A stretch of DNA of 64,000 nucleotides from Candidatus Binatia bacterium (GTDB lineage Bacteria > Desulfobacterota > Binatia > HRBIN30): NCBI GenBank assembly GCA_038245295.1, contig JBBRSP010000011.1:1-64000 (forward strand), in the 5' to 3' direction. Below the pieces are notes generated by a model. That model worked only from the letters and a program-made list of their open reading frames with translations. It was not told the DNA's origin and did not search any database. How positions within the stretch are numbered: the first letter of the stretch is position 1; each line of letters opens with the position of its first letter. The position numbers and the translations under genes are program-made. Shown here piece by piece: positions 29,124 to 39,080 of this stretch.

Positions 29124-31061
29124 TCACCGTCGTCGTGCGAACCGATAGACGGCGACAGCGTAACTCGCTGTCGTCACCAACCCTGGACGAATCTCCATCG
29201 ATAGGTCTGGCGTTTTCAGCCCAAACTCGTAGAGACCCACCACGTTTAAGGTCCAGCCGGCGGGTTGCGGTAGCGCGGTGCTTTCGCTGGCAACCCAGAC
29301 TACGGGTCGTTCTCCCGCCGCCGCTAGGAGTTGGGTGATACGTTGCGAATCGGCCGAGTCGACTGCGATTGCCGATGCGTCACGCTCGAGCCACAGATTG
29401 GGGGCGAGCTCGAGGCTGATCAGCGATGCATCGAGGAGGATGACGGCGTGTCGCGGAATCAGGGGTGCCAGGGTCTGAATATGAGCCGCGCTTCCACTGT
29501 ATAGGTCCGCCGAGCGCAGTTCCGGTAGCCGCGGTACTACCGTGAATCCGACCAGCGCGAGCGCCAGCAGTGATTGAACCCTGCCCGCACGGCGCGCGAC
29601 GGCGGTGGCGGTCAAGATGAGGAGTGCTGGGATCAGGATCGGCACCGCCCGGCGGATTGTCCACAGGGGCACTGGCATCGCGCGCGGCTCTAGAAGCCAC
29701 TGCAAGCCCACAAGAATCATCAGCAACAGGACGAGGCGCGCCACGATGCGCGAACCTTGCCAGCCCCAGAGGATCTGCGCCGCGCCCCAAATACCCCCGA
29801 AGCACAGCGGCAATCCTACATAGGTTGCCAAGAGTTCACTCTGTGGGCGCCCCGAGCTTACGGCAGCCCCGATCATGGCCGCAAAAGCGACGAGCACCGT
29901 CATCTGCACCAAACGCTGAAACCGTACGCGGACGGCGGCGGCCAGCAGGAACGCCATCAGCAGCGTGACGACGGGCCAGTAGGGCGTTACCCGCATGAAG
30001 ACCTCGGTGCCAACGCTGAAGAGATTTCCCCAATAGTGGGTGCGATAGAGCCAGAGGTGCAACGCCGCGTGCAGCCAAAGCAGAGCTGCTGTACCGAACA
30101 ACAGAAGCGCCGCTCGCCGATGCCGTCTGTTTCCGGTTACCAACCAATACAGCGTGGGTAGGCTGACAAACGCCGCACTTTCGATCCGCAACATACCGGC
30201 AACGCCAAACGCCAGGCCGACGACGAGCCCAGACCCAACCACGATCGGATCCGTGGCCGCCAACACTGCCAGTCCGCCCCAGATGAGCGCCTGAGTTGCC
30301 ACTTCAGGCATCAGGAACCGCGAATACCAGAGCTGGGGTGCGATCCTCGCAAAGACCACCGTCCACACCACGGCTGTCCCGGATGACACGTCCAAGTGGA
30401 TGAGCAGCGTGAAGATCGCCCAGACACTCAAGGCCCCGAAGAAGGATACGGCGAGTGTTCCGTCACCGAGGATTTGTTGAGCCAAGGCTACCCAGACGAG
30501 CATGGCATGATGGAAGCCCGGCAAAACCTCGTTGGTATCCAGACTGCGGAGGATCAGAGACCCGGTGAGGCGCACATACGGCGAGGAGCCGCGATCGGGG
30601 GCGACACTGGGAAACCACGACCGTTTGAGGTCGAGCGATAGATGATCGAGCAACGGGTCGTGCAGGACCAGAGAGCCCGACGCGGCAAGATTTTCTCCGC
30701 CGACGATGTACGTGCTCGAGTCGCCGCCGCTGAGACGCGTATCCAGCGGCGGCAGCGCCAACGCCAGCGTCAGCCCCGCCAACGCGACGCCGGCGAAATC
30801 AATCCGACCGTACCATTCTTGACGCGTTCGGCGCCGCGCTAGCCACCCAGCCAGAGACACAATGAGATTCACCAAAACCAGGACCGGGAGTGAGTACACG
30901 CCCAGCTCGGCGAGTAGGAACCCTACCCAGGTCGTGCAACAAACGCTGACCACCACCTCACTGAGGAGGCGCGATCGACGCGTCGATGCAGCGAGCCGCC
31001 AGGCCCACCCTGGAAGAAACAAGAGAACCGCGAGGCTGATCGGAGCAAACAAGAAATGCAT
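29124..31061 (-). CDS. Polytopic membrane protein, GT-C fold (ArnT/PMT-like) glycosyltransferase
   Basis: Many TM helices; GGDSSTY acidic motif after the early TMs; WYSRFLMPE; GMLRIE; C-terminal soluble domain. Confidence 0.65.
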   Translation of the reverse strand: MHFLFAPISLAVLLFLPGWAWRLAASTRRSRLLSEVVVSVCCTTWVGFLLAELGVYSLPVLVLVNLIVSLAGWLARRRTRQEWYGRIDFAGVALAGLTLALALPPLDTRLSGGDSSTYIVGGENLAASGSLVLHDPLLDHLSLDLKRSWFPSVAPDRGSSPYVRLTGSLILRSLDTNEVLPGFHHAMLVWVALAQQILGDGTLAVSFFGALSVWAIFTLLIHLDVSSGTAVVWTVVFARIAPQLWYSRFLMPEVATQALIWGGLAVLAATDPIVVGSGLVVGLAFGVAGMLRIESAAFVSLPTLYWLVTGNRRHRRAALLLFGTAALLWLHAALHLWLYRTHYWGNLFSVGTEVFMRVTPYWPVVTLLMAFLLAAAVRVRFQRLVQMTVLVAFAAMIGAAVSSGRPQSELLATYVGLPLCFGGIWGAAQILWGWQGSRIVARLVLLLMILVGLQWLLEPRAMPVPLWTIRRAVPILIPALLILTATAVARRAGRVQSLLALALVGFTVVPRLPELRSADLYSGSAAHIQTLAPLIPRHAVILLDASLISLELAPNLWLERDASAIAVDSADSQRITQLLAAAGERPVVWVASESTALPQPAGWTLNVVGLYEFGLKTPDLSMEIRPGLVTTASYAVAVYRFARRR

Positions 31062-31171
31062 GGTAGGTCGCTGAGGGGTTGTACTGCCTGCCAGGGGAAG
31101 GCGTCAAACCACATGTGTGGCTCTTTCAATTGACAGAGGGCGAGGGTAAGTGAGACGCTTTCTTCTCAGCC

Positions 31172-32191
31172 ATGCACTGCCGCAAACTCATTATTCAGGT
31201 GCCCTGTTTCAACGAGGCTCAGCACCTGGCGGCAACGCTCGATGACCTGCCAAGGGAAATTCCCGGGGTCGATCAGGTCGAGGTTCTGGTCGTGGATGAC
31301 GGCTCGTCCGATGCCACGTCGGAGGTTGCCCGCGCCCATGGCGCCGACTTCATCGTGCGATTCCCAAATAATCGAGGCTTGGCGCGTGCATTTAGAGCCG
31401 GCCTGGATGCGGCGCTGCAGCTTGGTGCCGATGTGGTGGTCAACACCGACGGCGACAATCAGTACAGCGGTAAGGATATCCCAAAACTCATCGCGCCAAT
31501 TCTCATCGGCTCGGCGGACATGGTCGTTGGTGATCGGCAACCGTGGACCGTCGCGCACTTCTCAATCAGCAAGCGCATCCTGCAGCATTACGGAAGCTGG
31601 GTCGTACGAACCTTATCGGGAACGGAGATTCCGGACACAACCAGTGGTTTCCGCGCCTTTAGCCGCGAGGCCGCCATGCGCCTCAACGTCATGTCCGACT
31701 TCACCTACACCCTCGAAACAATCATCCAGGCGGGGAAGAAGCGGCTACCCGTAACCCACGTGCCCATCGACACAAATCCCGTACGGCGTCGATCACAACT
31801 GTTCCACAGCGTTGGCCAGTACGTGAAGCGCTCTGCGGCGACCATGCTACGCATCTACGCCGTCTACGAGCCCCTTAAGGTGTTTTCCTATATCGGCGGT
31901 GGGTTGATCACGATCGGCATGATCCCCGCGGTGCGTTTCCTATTCTTCTATTGGAATGGCGATGGCGGCGGCCACCTGCAGTCGCTCATGCTCAGCGTCC
32001 TCTTCATCAGTATCGGATTCCAGACCGCGCTCATCGGCCTGCTCGCTGATCTCATCGGTTCCAACCGGTCCCTCCTCGAGGACATCTTGTTCCGCATCCG
32101 GCGCATCGAGCTGCGCGATGACTCGTCGCCGATCGAGCGTGTGGTCCCAAGCAAGGATGAGGTAAAACAGGCGCGCGGAGGTCGTGCCTGA
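31172..32191 (+). CDS. GT2 glycosyltransferase, polyprenyl-phosphate (DPM1/GtrB-like) type with C-terminal TMs
   Basis: IQVPCFNEA, VVDDGSSD, NRGLA, NTDGDNQY, DTTSGFRA, two C-terminal TM helices. Confidence 0.9.
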   Translation: MHCRKLIIQVPCFNEAQHLAATLDDLPREIPGVDQVEVLVVDDGSSDATSEVARAHGADFIVRFPNNRGLARAFRAGLDAALQLGADVVVNTDGDNQYSGKDIPKLIAPILIGSADMVVGDRQPWTVAHFSISKRILQHYGSWVVRTLSGTEIPDTTSGFRAFSREAAMRLNVMSDFTYTLETIIQAGKKRLPVTHVPIDTNPVRRRSQLFHSVGQYVKRSAATMLRIYAVYEPLKVFSYIGGGLITIGMIPAVRFLFFYWNGDGGGHLQSLMLSVLFISIGFQTALIGLLADLIGSNRSLLEDILFRIRRIELRDDSSPIERVVPSKDEVKQARGGRA

Positions 32192-33345
32192 TGGGTGCGG
32201 CAGGCACGGATGCTCCGATCGCGGGGCATCTGTGCTTCTTCGGGACGTATCCGAACGAGTACACCGTCACCCGGATGCTTCGCGCTTCGGCACAGGCGGC
32301 CGGGTTCACAATCCAAGAGATTCACCAACCGTTGTGGGAGCAGACACGTACCAAGGGCGAAGCGTATTTCGGCTTACCTTCGCTCGTTTGCTTGGCTGGT
32401 CGCTACGCCCAGGCCTTATGGCGGTTGGCGCGGCAAGTGCGCGCACCCATGGGCGGCGTTAATGCCTATGTCACCGGCTTCCAAGGCCAGCTCGATACTC
32501 TCTTCCTCGCCGCCGTGCGCCGCTCCCGGGTGCCGATCCTCTTTGCTCCGCTGGTGACACTCACGGAGACGCTCGTCGAGGACCGCCACCTGCACCCCGC
32601 AACGTCGCTGGTCGGCCGTGCCTTGTGGCAGATTGACCGCGCCAGCCTGCGTGCCGCTGACCATGTGCTCATCGATACCGAAGCGCATCGTCGTTACCTG
32701 GTGCAGCGTTTCGAGCTCGACCCAAGTCGGATCTCCGTTTGGCCGCTTGGCGCCGATCTGAGTGTGTTTAAACCGCGCCTGCCGCGCCCCCCAGACGGGC
32801 GAATCCGGGTCTTGTTCTTCGGGTCGTTCTTGCCGTTGCATGGCGTTGAAACGATGCTCCAGGCGATGGTTATGCTCGGCGATCGCCCCAATATTGAGCT
32901 CACCATGCTCGGCGAAGGGCCTGAGCGCGACGGACCCGTCGCCGCGAAGGCGCCGTCCAATATTCGTTGGCTGCCATGGGTGCCCTACGCCGAGCTGCCC
33001 GAGCACGTCGCGCAAGCCGACATTTGCCTCGGCTGTTTCGGCGGCGGAACCAAGGCGGCCATGGTGATCCCAAACAAGGTGTACCAGGCGGCCGCCGTCG
33101 GGCGTGCCATCATCAGTGCCGACACGCCCGCCATCCGCGAGGTGTTCGCCGACGGTGAGAACATTGCCCTTTGTCCGCCGGGTGACGCTGCGGCCCTGGC
33201 TCAGGCGATCGTAGACCTGGCTTCCGATGCCGAACGCCGCACACAGATGGCGGCCGCGGCACAGCGGTTGATGCAGGCACAATTTACCGATGCGGCACGC
33301 GGTGATCGCTTGCGCCTGGCCATCGATCGAGCTTGCCAACGATGA
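32191..33345 (+). CDS. GT4 glycosyltransferase
   Basis: FFGSFLPLHG, ADICLG.FG...KA..VIPNKVYQAAAVG, DTPAIRE. Confidence 0.88.
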   Translation: MGAAGTDAPIAGHLCFFGTYPNEYTVTRMLRASAQAAGFTIQEIHQPLWEQTRTKGEAYFGLPSLVCLAGRYAQALWRLARQVRAPMGGVNAYVTGFQGQLDTLFLAAVRRSRVPILFAPLVTLTETLVEDRHLHPATSLVGRALWQIDRASLRAADHVLIDTEAHRRYLVQRFELDPSRISVWPLGADLSVFKPRLPRPPDGRIRVLFFGSFLPLHGVETMLQAMVMLGDRPNIELTMLGEGPERDGPVAAKAPSNIRWLPWVPYAELPEHVAQADICLGCFGGGTKAAMVIPNKVYQAAAVGRAIISADTPAIREVFADGENIALCPPGDAAALAQAIVDLASDAERRTQMAAAAQRLMQAQFTDAARGDRLRLAIDRACQR

Positions 33346-34238
33346 GTCACCCCGCCGTCGGAGTCGTCGTCCTAAGCTGGAATGCCCCGATCCAAGTCGC
33401 CGCCGCCGCGCGCTCGGCGCTCGCACAAGACTATGCCCCGCTGTTTGTCGTCGTTGTTGACAACGCCTCATCACCGGTAGACCGCGAGGCGATGCGCCGC
33501 GCCCTGCCAACCGACCCCCGCGTCGAGGTCGTTTGCCTCAAGGAGAACCGCGGCTACGCCGGTGGCAACAACATCGGTGCCTGGCGGGCTCTTGAACGTG
33601 GCGCTGAGTTTCTTCTGATCTTGACGCAAGATGCGCAGCTCAAGCCAGGCGCACTGCGGCCTATGGTCGATGTGGCCGTTGGTGAAGGTGCCGGTCTTGT
33701 CGGGCCTCGTGTCATGCAGTCGTGCGACGAACGCATCGAGCTGTCGTGCGGGGAACACCTCTCTTTGCCGCTTCTTTGTCTGCCGCGCCGTTTGTTACGG
33801 CCGCGGTATCGCGGCGATGCGCCACGTCGTGTCAGCGGCCTGATGGGCTGCGTCTTGCTAATCTCGCGCGGCTGCTGGGAGGACCTTGGCGGATTCGAGG
33901 CAGCCTTTTTCGCGTACTACGAGGAGGTCGACTTCTGTGTGCGCGCTAAACGTCGCGGCTGGGGTATCTGGTGCGCTCCGGGCGCAACCGCCCTGCACGA
34001 CGGAATGCGCGGCTTTGCCGGTGGATTCAGCCCGCAAAGTGCTGAGCTGAAAGCCCGCAACCTCCTGTGGATCATGCGCCGGCATGCGCGTCCGGCCGAC
34101 TGGCTGCTGCTCTTTCCCTCTTGGCTTGCCCTGATGGCCGGGAGTCTGATGCTGTATTCCTTGCGTCGGCGTTTCGACGTGGTTCGCGCCTTGTTGCGCG
34201 GTGTAGCTCGCGGTTGCGGGCCGCTGCTGGGGAGCTGA
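33342..34238 (+). CDS. GT2 glycosyltransferase (WbbL/rhamnosyltransferase-like)
   Basis: VVLSWN, VVDNAS, NRGYAGGNNIG, FFAYYEEVDFC.RA. Confidence 0.88.
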   Translation: MSHPAVGVVVLSWNAPIQVAAAARSALAQDYAPLFVVVVDNASSPVDREAMRRALPTDPRVEVVCLKENRGYAGGNNIGAWRALERGAEFLLILTQDAQLKPGALRPMVDVAVGEGAGLVGPRVMQSCDERIELSCGEHLSLPLLCLPRRLLRPRYRGDAPRRVSGLMGCVLLISRGCWEDLGGFEAAFFAYYEEVDFCVRAKRRGWGIWCAPGATALHDGMRGFAGGFSPQSAELKARNLLWIMRRHARPADWLLLFPSWLALMAGSLMLYSLRRRFDVVRALLRGVARGCGPLLGS

Positions 34239-34246
34239 TCAGCGAC

Positions 34247-35353
34247 ATGGCGCCACTACGTATCGCGATCGGAGCTATCCTTGGCACGCTGGGAGGCCCG
34301 GCAACCTATGCGCGCCAACTGATTGCGGCGCTCGCGGCGCTCGAGACATCGCACCGCTTCGTGATTCTGACCGATGCGCCAGATCAGGTCTCGAACCTGC
34401 CGGCCAATTTCGAGGTCGAGCGCGTGCCCTTGGCCTCGGCCTGGGACCAACTCCTCTGGGACCACGTCCGCATCCCGGCGGCCCTTCGGCGCAGCGGCGC
34501 AGCACTGTACCATGGTACAAAAGGGGCGTTGCCGATTTTGCTGCCGTGCCCCGCTGTGGTGACGATTCACGATCTCGCATCGTATCACCTGCCATCGACG
34601 TTTGCCTGGCCGCAGCGTCTGTACCTGCGCCTTCAGACGCCAATTGCCGTCCGCGGAGCTGCCGTCGTCATTGCCGTCAGCGAGCATGCGCGAGCCGATA
34701 TCGAGCACCACTTTGCGCTCGGCCGCGATCACACCATCGTGATTCCCGAGGCCGCCGACCCGAGCTTCAGCCCGCGCGTGGAGGCAACCGATGCGGCAAT
34801 CCTGCAACGACTCGGGTTGCGACAACCCTACGTCCTGTACCTCGGAACGATTCAACCACGCAAAAATGTCGAGATGCTGGTCGAGGCCTTCCGGACGGCT
34901 CGGTTCGACTCCTCCGTCGAGTTGGTGATCGCCGGTCGCGTACGTCCCGGGTATCACCCGTCGTTCCTGCAGGCACTGCCCGATCGTGTCCGTTATCTCG
35001 GCGCGGTCGAGGACGCGGACCAGCGGGCCCTGTATCGGAACGCGATGGTCTTCTGTAGCCCGTCCAGTTATGAGGGCTTCGGTTTGTCCCTTCTCGAAGC
35101 CATGCAGAGCGGATGTCTGGTGATCGCCGCGCGCAATACTTCGGTTACGGAAGTCGTTGCCGATGCGGGTGTGTTGCTGGACACCCTGTCGGTTGCCACC
35201 CTGCGGGAGGCGCTGATCGCCGCGGTCAATTACCCAGCTCGGTTCGTCGAGCTCCGGCAGCGGGCGAGTCAACGCGCCAAACAGTTTTCGTGGAAGGCGA
35301 CCGCCGAGGCGACTCTGCGACTCTATGATCAGGTGTTGAGGCAACACTCATGA
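34247..35353 (+). CDS. GT4 glycosyltransferase (MtfB/WbaZ-like)
   Basis: VVTIHDL, YLGTIQPRKN, PSSYEGFGLSLLEAM, FSW..TA..T. Confidence 0.9.
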   Translation: MAPLRIAIGAILGTLGGPATYARQLIAALAALETSHRFVILTDAPDQVSNLPANFEVERVPLASAWDQLLWDHVRIPAALRRSGAALYHGTKGALPILLPCPAVVTIHDLASYHLPSTFAWPQRLYLRLQTPIAVRGAAVVIAVSEHARADIEHHFALGRDHTIVIPEAADPSFSPRVEATDAAILQRLGLRQPYVLYLGTIQPRKNVEMLVEAFRTARFDSSVELVIAGRVRPGYHPSFLQALPDRVRYLGAVEDADQRALYRNAMVFCSPSSYEGFGLSLLEAMQSGCLVIAARNTSVTEVVADAGVLLDTLSVATLREALIAAVNYPARFVELRQRASQRAKQFSWKATAEATLRLYDQVLRQHS

Positions 35354-36285
35354 CCCAAATCCCGAGCGTTGCCGTGTTGGTGCTCAACTGGAACGGGATC
35401 GACGACACGATGGAGTGTCTCGAAAGCCTCCTGCGCGTCGACTATCCGCGTATGGAAATCATCGTGGTTGATAACGGCTCGACCGTGTCGCCGCGGGCGC
35501 GTATTGCGGCAGCCTTCCCAACGGTGACGATCCTCGAGACCGGCATCAATAAAGGATTCTCGGGCGGCAACAACGATGGCCTGCGCTACGCGATGGACCA
35601 GGGGCACGACTACGCCTTCGTGCTGAACAACGATACGACGGTCGACCCGGCGGTTTTGCGGGAAGCCGTCGCGGTCGCCGAGTCGGACACGCGGATTGGC
35701 GTCGTGGGCGTCAAGATCCTGGCCTACGATCAACCCGACCGCATCTGGGTTGCCTACGGCGAGGTTACCTACCGTCAGAGTCTGGTCCGTCTGATTGGTT
35801 TTTACAGCTTTGATGACGGCCGCTTCGATACGCAGCGCGATGTTGAATGGGTTCCCGGGACAGCGATGTTGCTGCGGCGCAAGGCGCTGCAGGAAGTTGG
35901 ACTGTTCGACGATGACTTCTTTGCGTATCACGAAGATGTCGACTGGTGCGTACGCGCCCGTAACCTCGGCTATCGTGTTGTGTTTGCGCCGAAACCGATC
36001 ATTCATCACAAGGTCAGCCGCAGCTCGGGCGGCAAAGGGTATGTGACACCGCGACAGTATCTGGCGTCGCGCAATATGGTGTTGTTCGTGCGTAAGCACG
36101 CCAACGTTCTACAGAAGCTCAAGTTCATATCCTTCCAGGTCGTCGCCCTGCCGCTGCAGTACGTAGTGCGCTCGTTTACGGGCGAGCAAGCCGGCGTCAC
36201 CCTTAAGATCCGCGGCATGCGCGATGCGCTGGCCGGCAGGCCGCTGCCTTTGGCGGAGTTGGGACTGAGGCCCAGAGTCGAATGA
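35350..36285 (+). CDS. GT2 glycosyltransferase (WbbL-like)
   Basis: VLNWNG, VVDNGS, NKGFSGGNN, LNND, FFAYHEDVDWC. Confidence 0.9.
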   Translation: MTQIPSVAVLVLNWNGIDDTMECLESLLRVDYPRMEIIVVDNGSTVSPRARIAAAFPTVTILETGINKGFSGGNNDGLRYAMDQGHDYAFVLNNDTTVDPAVLREAVAVAESDTRIGVVGVKILAYDQPDRIWVAYGEVTYRQSLVRLIGFYSFDDGRFDTQRDVEWVPGTAMLLRRKALQEVGLFDDDFFAYHEDVDWCVRARNLGYRVVFAPKPIIHHKVSRSSGGKGYVTPRQYLASRNMVLFVRKHANVLQKLKFISFQVVALPLQYVVRSFTGEQAGVTLKIRGMRDALAGRPLPLAELGLRPRVE

Positions 36286-37148
36286 GCTTCACCTACTACC
36301 GCACCCCGACGCAATTCGAGCCGGCGGGTGACGATCCGGCGCAGCGGGCGAGCCAGGTGTGTTGGTTCATGGATGCCGGTGGCAACCCCGACGCTCGCGC
36401 CGTGGTAGAGCAACAGGTGGCCCTGTGCGCTCAGGAGCGAACTCTGTCGGTGTTTCTGGCGAAGCTCCCGAAGGACGAAGTGATCCTCGATGCCGGCTGT
36501 GGGCTGGCACGTTGGGTCCTTTTCCTGCGCCGACGCGGCTACCGCGTCGTGGGGATCGATTGCGCCATTGCCGCCGTGCGACAAACAAGTTTGGCCGACG
36601 CACATGCGCCGCTGGTGGTCGGTGATACGCAACAGTTGCCCCTGCGCGACGCAGCCCTCGGCGGCGTAATTTCGTTTGGTGTCGTCGAGCACGACCCAGC
36701 CGGGCCCCTATCCTCGCTTCAAGAGCTGCGGCGGGTCTTACGCCCTGGCGGAGTGGCTCTGGTCTCCGTGCCCTACAACAACCTCTGGCGCCGTGTCGTC
36801 GTGAACAATGCCCGACGCTTGCGCGACTGGCGTAAACGTCGCGCCGGCCTGCATCCCGAGTTTGCCGAGTATCGCTTTTCCGCGGGCGAGTTATGCGGCT
36901 TCCTGCGGCGTGCCGGGTTTGAGATCGACTCGGTCCATGCCGATGATTTCGAGGCGCCTCTCGCGAAGGGGTTGTGGGCCGACTCTCCCACGGCCTTTGG
37001 TTATCTCGTCGGCGAGTTTGGCCTGGCCGCCGGCCACGGGATGTGGGAGCTCAACCGTTGGGGGCGCGGCTTGCAAACCGTTGCCAACGCCATCTCGCCG
37101 TGGCTCGTCGCCGGCGGTGTTATGGTGGTTGCGCGGCGCCCCTCGTGA
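36282..37148 (+). CDS. Class I SAM-dependent methyltransferase
   Basis: ILDAGCG, GID, GVVEH, RVLRPGG. Confidence 0.85.
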   Translation: MSFTYYRTPTQFEPAGDDPAQRASQVCWFMDAGGNPDARAVVEQQVALCAQERTLSVFLAKLPKDEVILDAGCGLARWVLFLRRRGYRVVGIDCAIAAVRQTSLADAHAPLVVGDTQQLPLRDAALGGVISFGVVEHDPAGPLSSLQELRRVLRPGGVALVSVPYNNLWRRVVVNNARRLRDWRKRRAGLHPEFAEYRFSAGELCGFLRRAGFEIDSVHADDFEAPLAKGLWADSPTAFGYLVGEFGLAAGHGMWELNRWGRGLQTVANAISPWLVAGGVMVVARRPS

Positions 37149-37167
37149 GCTGCAAGATGAACTCGAA

Positions 37168-38142
37168 ATGCGCGTAGTTGCGGTAACCGTCAATTGGAAC
37201 CAGGCACACCTGACGGCGCGCTGCGTCGCCAGCTTGATGCAAGGTCCCGTCAGGCCCGCGGCCATCGTGGTTGTCGACAATGGCTCGATGGCCGATCCTG
37301 AGCCGCTTTTGACAGCGACCGGCCACGCGGTGGAGCTCGTCCGCAATGCGTCGAATCAAGGGTTTGCCGGTGGCGCCAATCGTGGCATCGAACGCGCGCT
37401 CGAGCTCGGGGCCGATGCTGTCTTCATCATCAACAACGACGCAACCGCCGAGCCCACATGCCTGCACGAGTTGATCGCGGCGCTCGACGCACAACCGCGC
37501 CTGGCCGCTGTAGGCGCAAAAACCTTGACGGAAGAGACACCGCCGCGCATTCATACCGCCTATGGTGTGCTCACGTACAACGGGCCGCTGGTTCAGCAGC
37601 GCGGTTGGATGGAGCCCGATGTCTCGCTGTTCAGCGAACAATGTGATGTCGACTACATTTCCGGTTGTGCGATGCTGCTGCGTGCCGCGGTGATTCGCGA
37701 AGTCGGCGCCTTCGACGAAGACTACTTTGCGTATCACGAGGATCTCGATTGGTGCGCTCGCGTCCAGGCCCGCGGCTACCGGGTCGCGTATGTGCCGCGC
37801 GCCATCGTCAACCATCGCATGCATGCGTCGACCAATGGCGGCGGTTACGGCAGCCCGATCACGTATCTGTCGTCGCGCAATGCAATCTTGTTTGTTCGCA
37901 AGAATGCCGCCTGGCGCGAATGGGCAAGGTTCTATGTGCACCTGCCGGCGAGCCTGGCACGCGAAGCAGCGTTTCGATTTCCGCGCGGCGAGTGGCGGGC
38001 GTTCCTGCTGCGGCTACGTGGCGTGTGGGACGGCCTCTGTCGCCGACCGGTGCCGCTCGCCGACCTCGGCCTGAGTACTCACCGCGCCCCAAGCCAGACT
38101 CGTGGCGTCGAGTCGACCCCCGAATTGGGGCGCGACGGATGA
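37168..38142 (+). CDS. GT2 glycosyltransferase (WbbL-like)
   Basis: VNWN, VVDNGS, NQGFAGGAN, INND, FAYHEDLDWC. Confidence 0.9.
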   Translation: MRVVAVTVNWNQAHLTARCVASLMQGPVRPAAIVVVDNGSMADPEPLLTATGHAVELVRNASNQGFAGGANRGIERALELGADAVFIINNDATAEPTCLHELIAALDAQPRLAAVGAKTLTEETPPRIHTAYGVLTYNGPLVQQRGWMEPDVSLFSEQCDVDYISGCAMLLRAAVIREVGAFDEDYFAYHEDLDWCARVQARGYRVAYVPRAIVNHRMHASTNGGGYGSPITYLSSRNAILFVRKNAAWREWARFYVHLPASLAREAAFRFPRGEWRAFLLRLRGVWDGLCRRPVPLADLGLSTHRAPSQTRGVESTPELGRDG

Positions 38143-39080
38143 GTGAATCGACCGAACGGCCGCATGTGGCCATCGTCATCCTGACTTGGAACGGCAAGGA
38201 CTTTGTCCTCGAGTGTCTGCGCTCACTGGCCTGCATCAAGTATCCGAACTGGAGCGCGACGGTCATCGACAATGCGTCGGCCGACGGGACGGCCGACGCG
38301 GTGCGTGAACGATTCCCGCAACAGCGTCTCCTGGTCATGGAAAAGAACCTTGGCTTCTGTGGTGGCAACAATCGGGGTATCACCGACGCGTTGGAGCGCG
38401 GCGCCGACTATGTCCTGTTGCTCAATAACGACGTCGAGATGCATCCCGACATGCTCGACGAATTGGTCAAGGCCGCCGAGACGGATCCACGCATCGGCAT
38501 TGTTGGTGCCAAGAACATCCTGATGGTCGACCATAACTTATTATGGGGCGCCTATGGCGACTTGACGTTTGGCGCCGAGCTCGTGCATCTGGCGGGACGC
38601 TTTGCCAGGTCGGACGATCCACAGTTTCTGACCACCAAAGATGTCGATTGGGTGATCGGCAACGGTATGATGTTCAAGCGTGCGGAGCTCCAGGATGTCG
38701 GCGGTTTTGATGAGTGGTTCTTCGGCTATCACGAAGATGTCGATCTATGCCTGCGCGCCCGCCAACGTGGCTGGCGCGTCGTCTACGTCGGGGCCGCCAG
38801 CATCTATCACCACGGCGGCGCGGCGGCCGGCGCCACGGCGAAGATGCCCTTCCCGACGGTGTATTTCCTCGGGCGCAACGCTTTCCTGTTCGCCCGTAAA
38901 CACGGTACGGCCGCTCAGTTGGGCGTCTTCGTGGCGCGATTCATTTCGCGGACCACGCTGGATGCGTTTCAAGCCTGGCGTAAAGGGGAGCGCGTGAAGC
39001 ACCACTTGTGGTTGCTGCGCGGCTTTGCCGATGCGGTGATCGGTCGCCTGCCGTTGCGGCAACTCGGATTACAGCCATGA
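38139..39080 (+). CDS. GT2 glycosyltransferase (WbbL-like)
   Basis: ILTWNG, IDNAS, NLGFCGGNN, LLNND, FFGYHEDVDLC. Confidence 0.9.
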   Translation: MSESTERPHVAIVILTWNGKDFVLECLRSLACIKYPNWSATVIDNASADGTADAVRERFPQQRLLVMEKNLGFCGGNNRGITDALERGADYVLLLNNDVEMHPDMLDELVKAAETDPRIGIVGAKNILMVDHNLLWGAYGDLTFGAELVHLAGRFARSDDPQFLTTKDVDWVIGNGMMFKRAELQDVGGFDEWFFGYHEDVDLCLRARQRGWRVVYVGAASIYHHGGAAAGATAKMPFPTVYFLGRNAFLFARKHGTAAQLGVFVARFISRTTLDAFQAWRKGERVKHHLWLLRGFADAVIGRLPLRQLGLQP

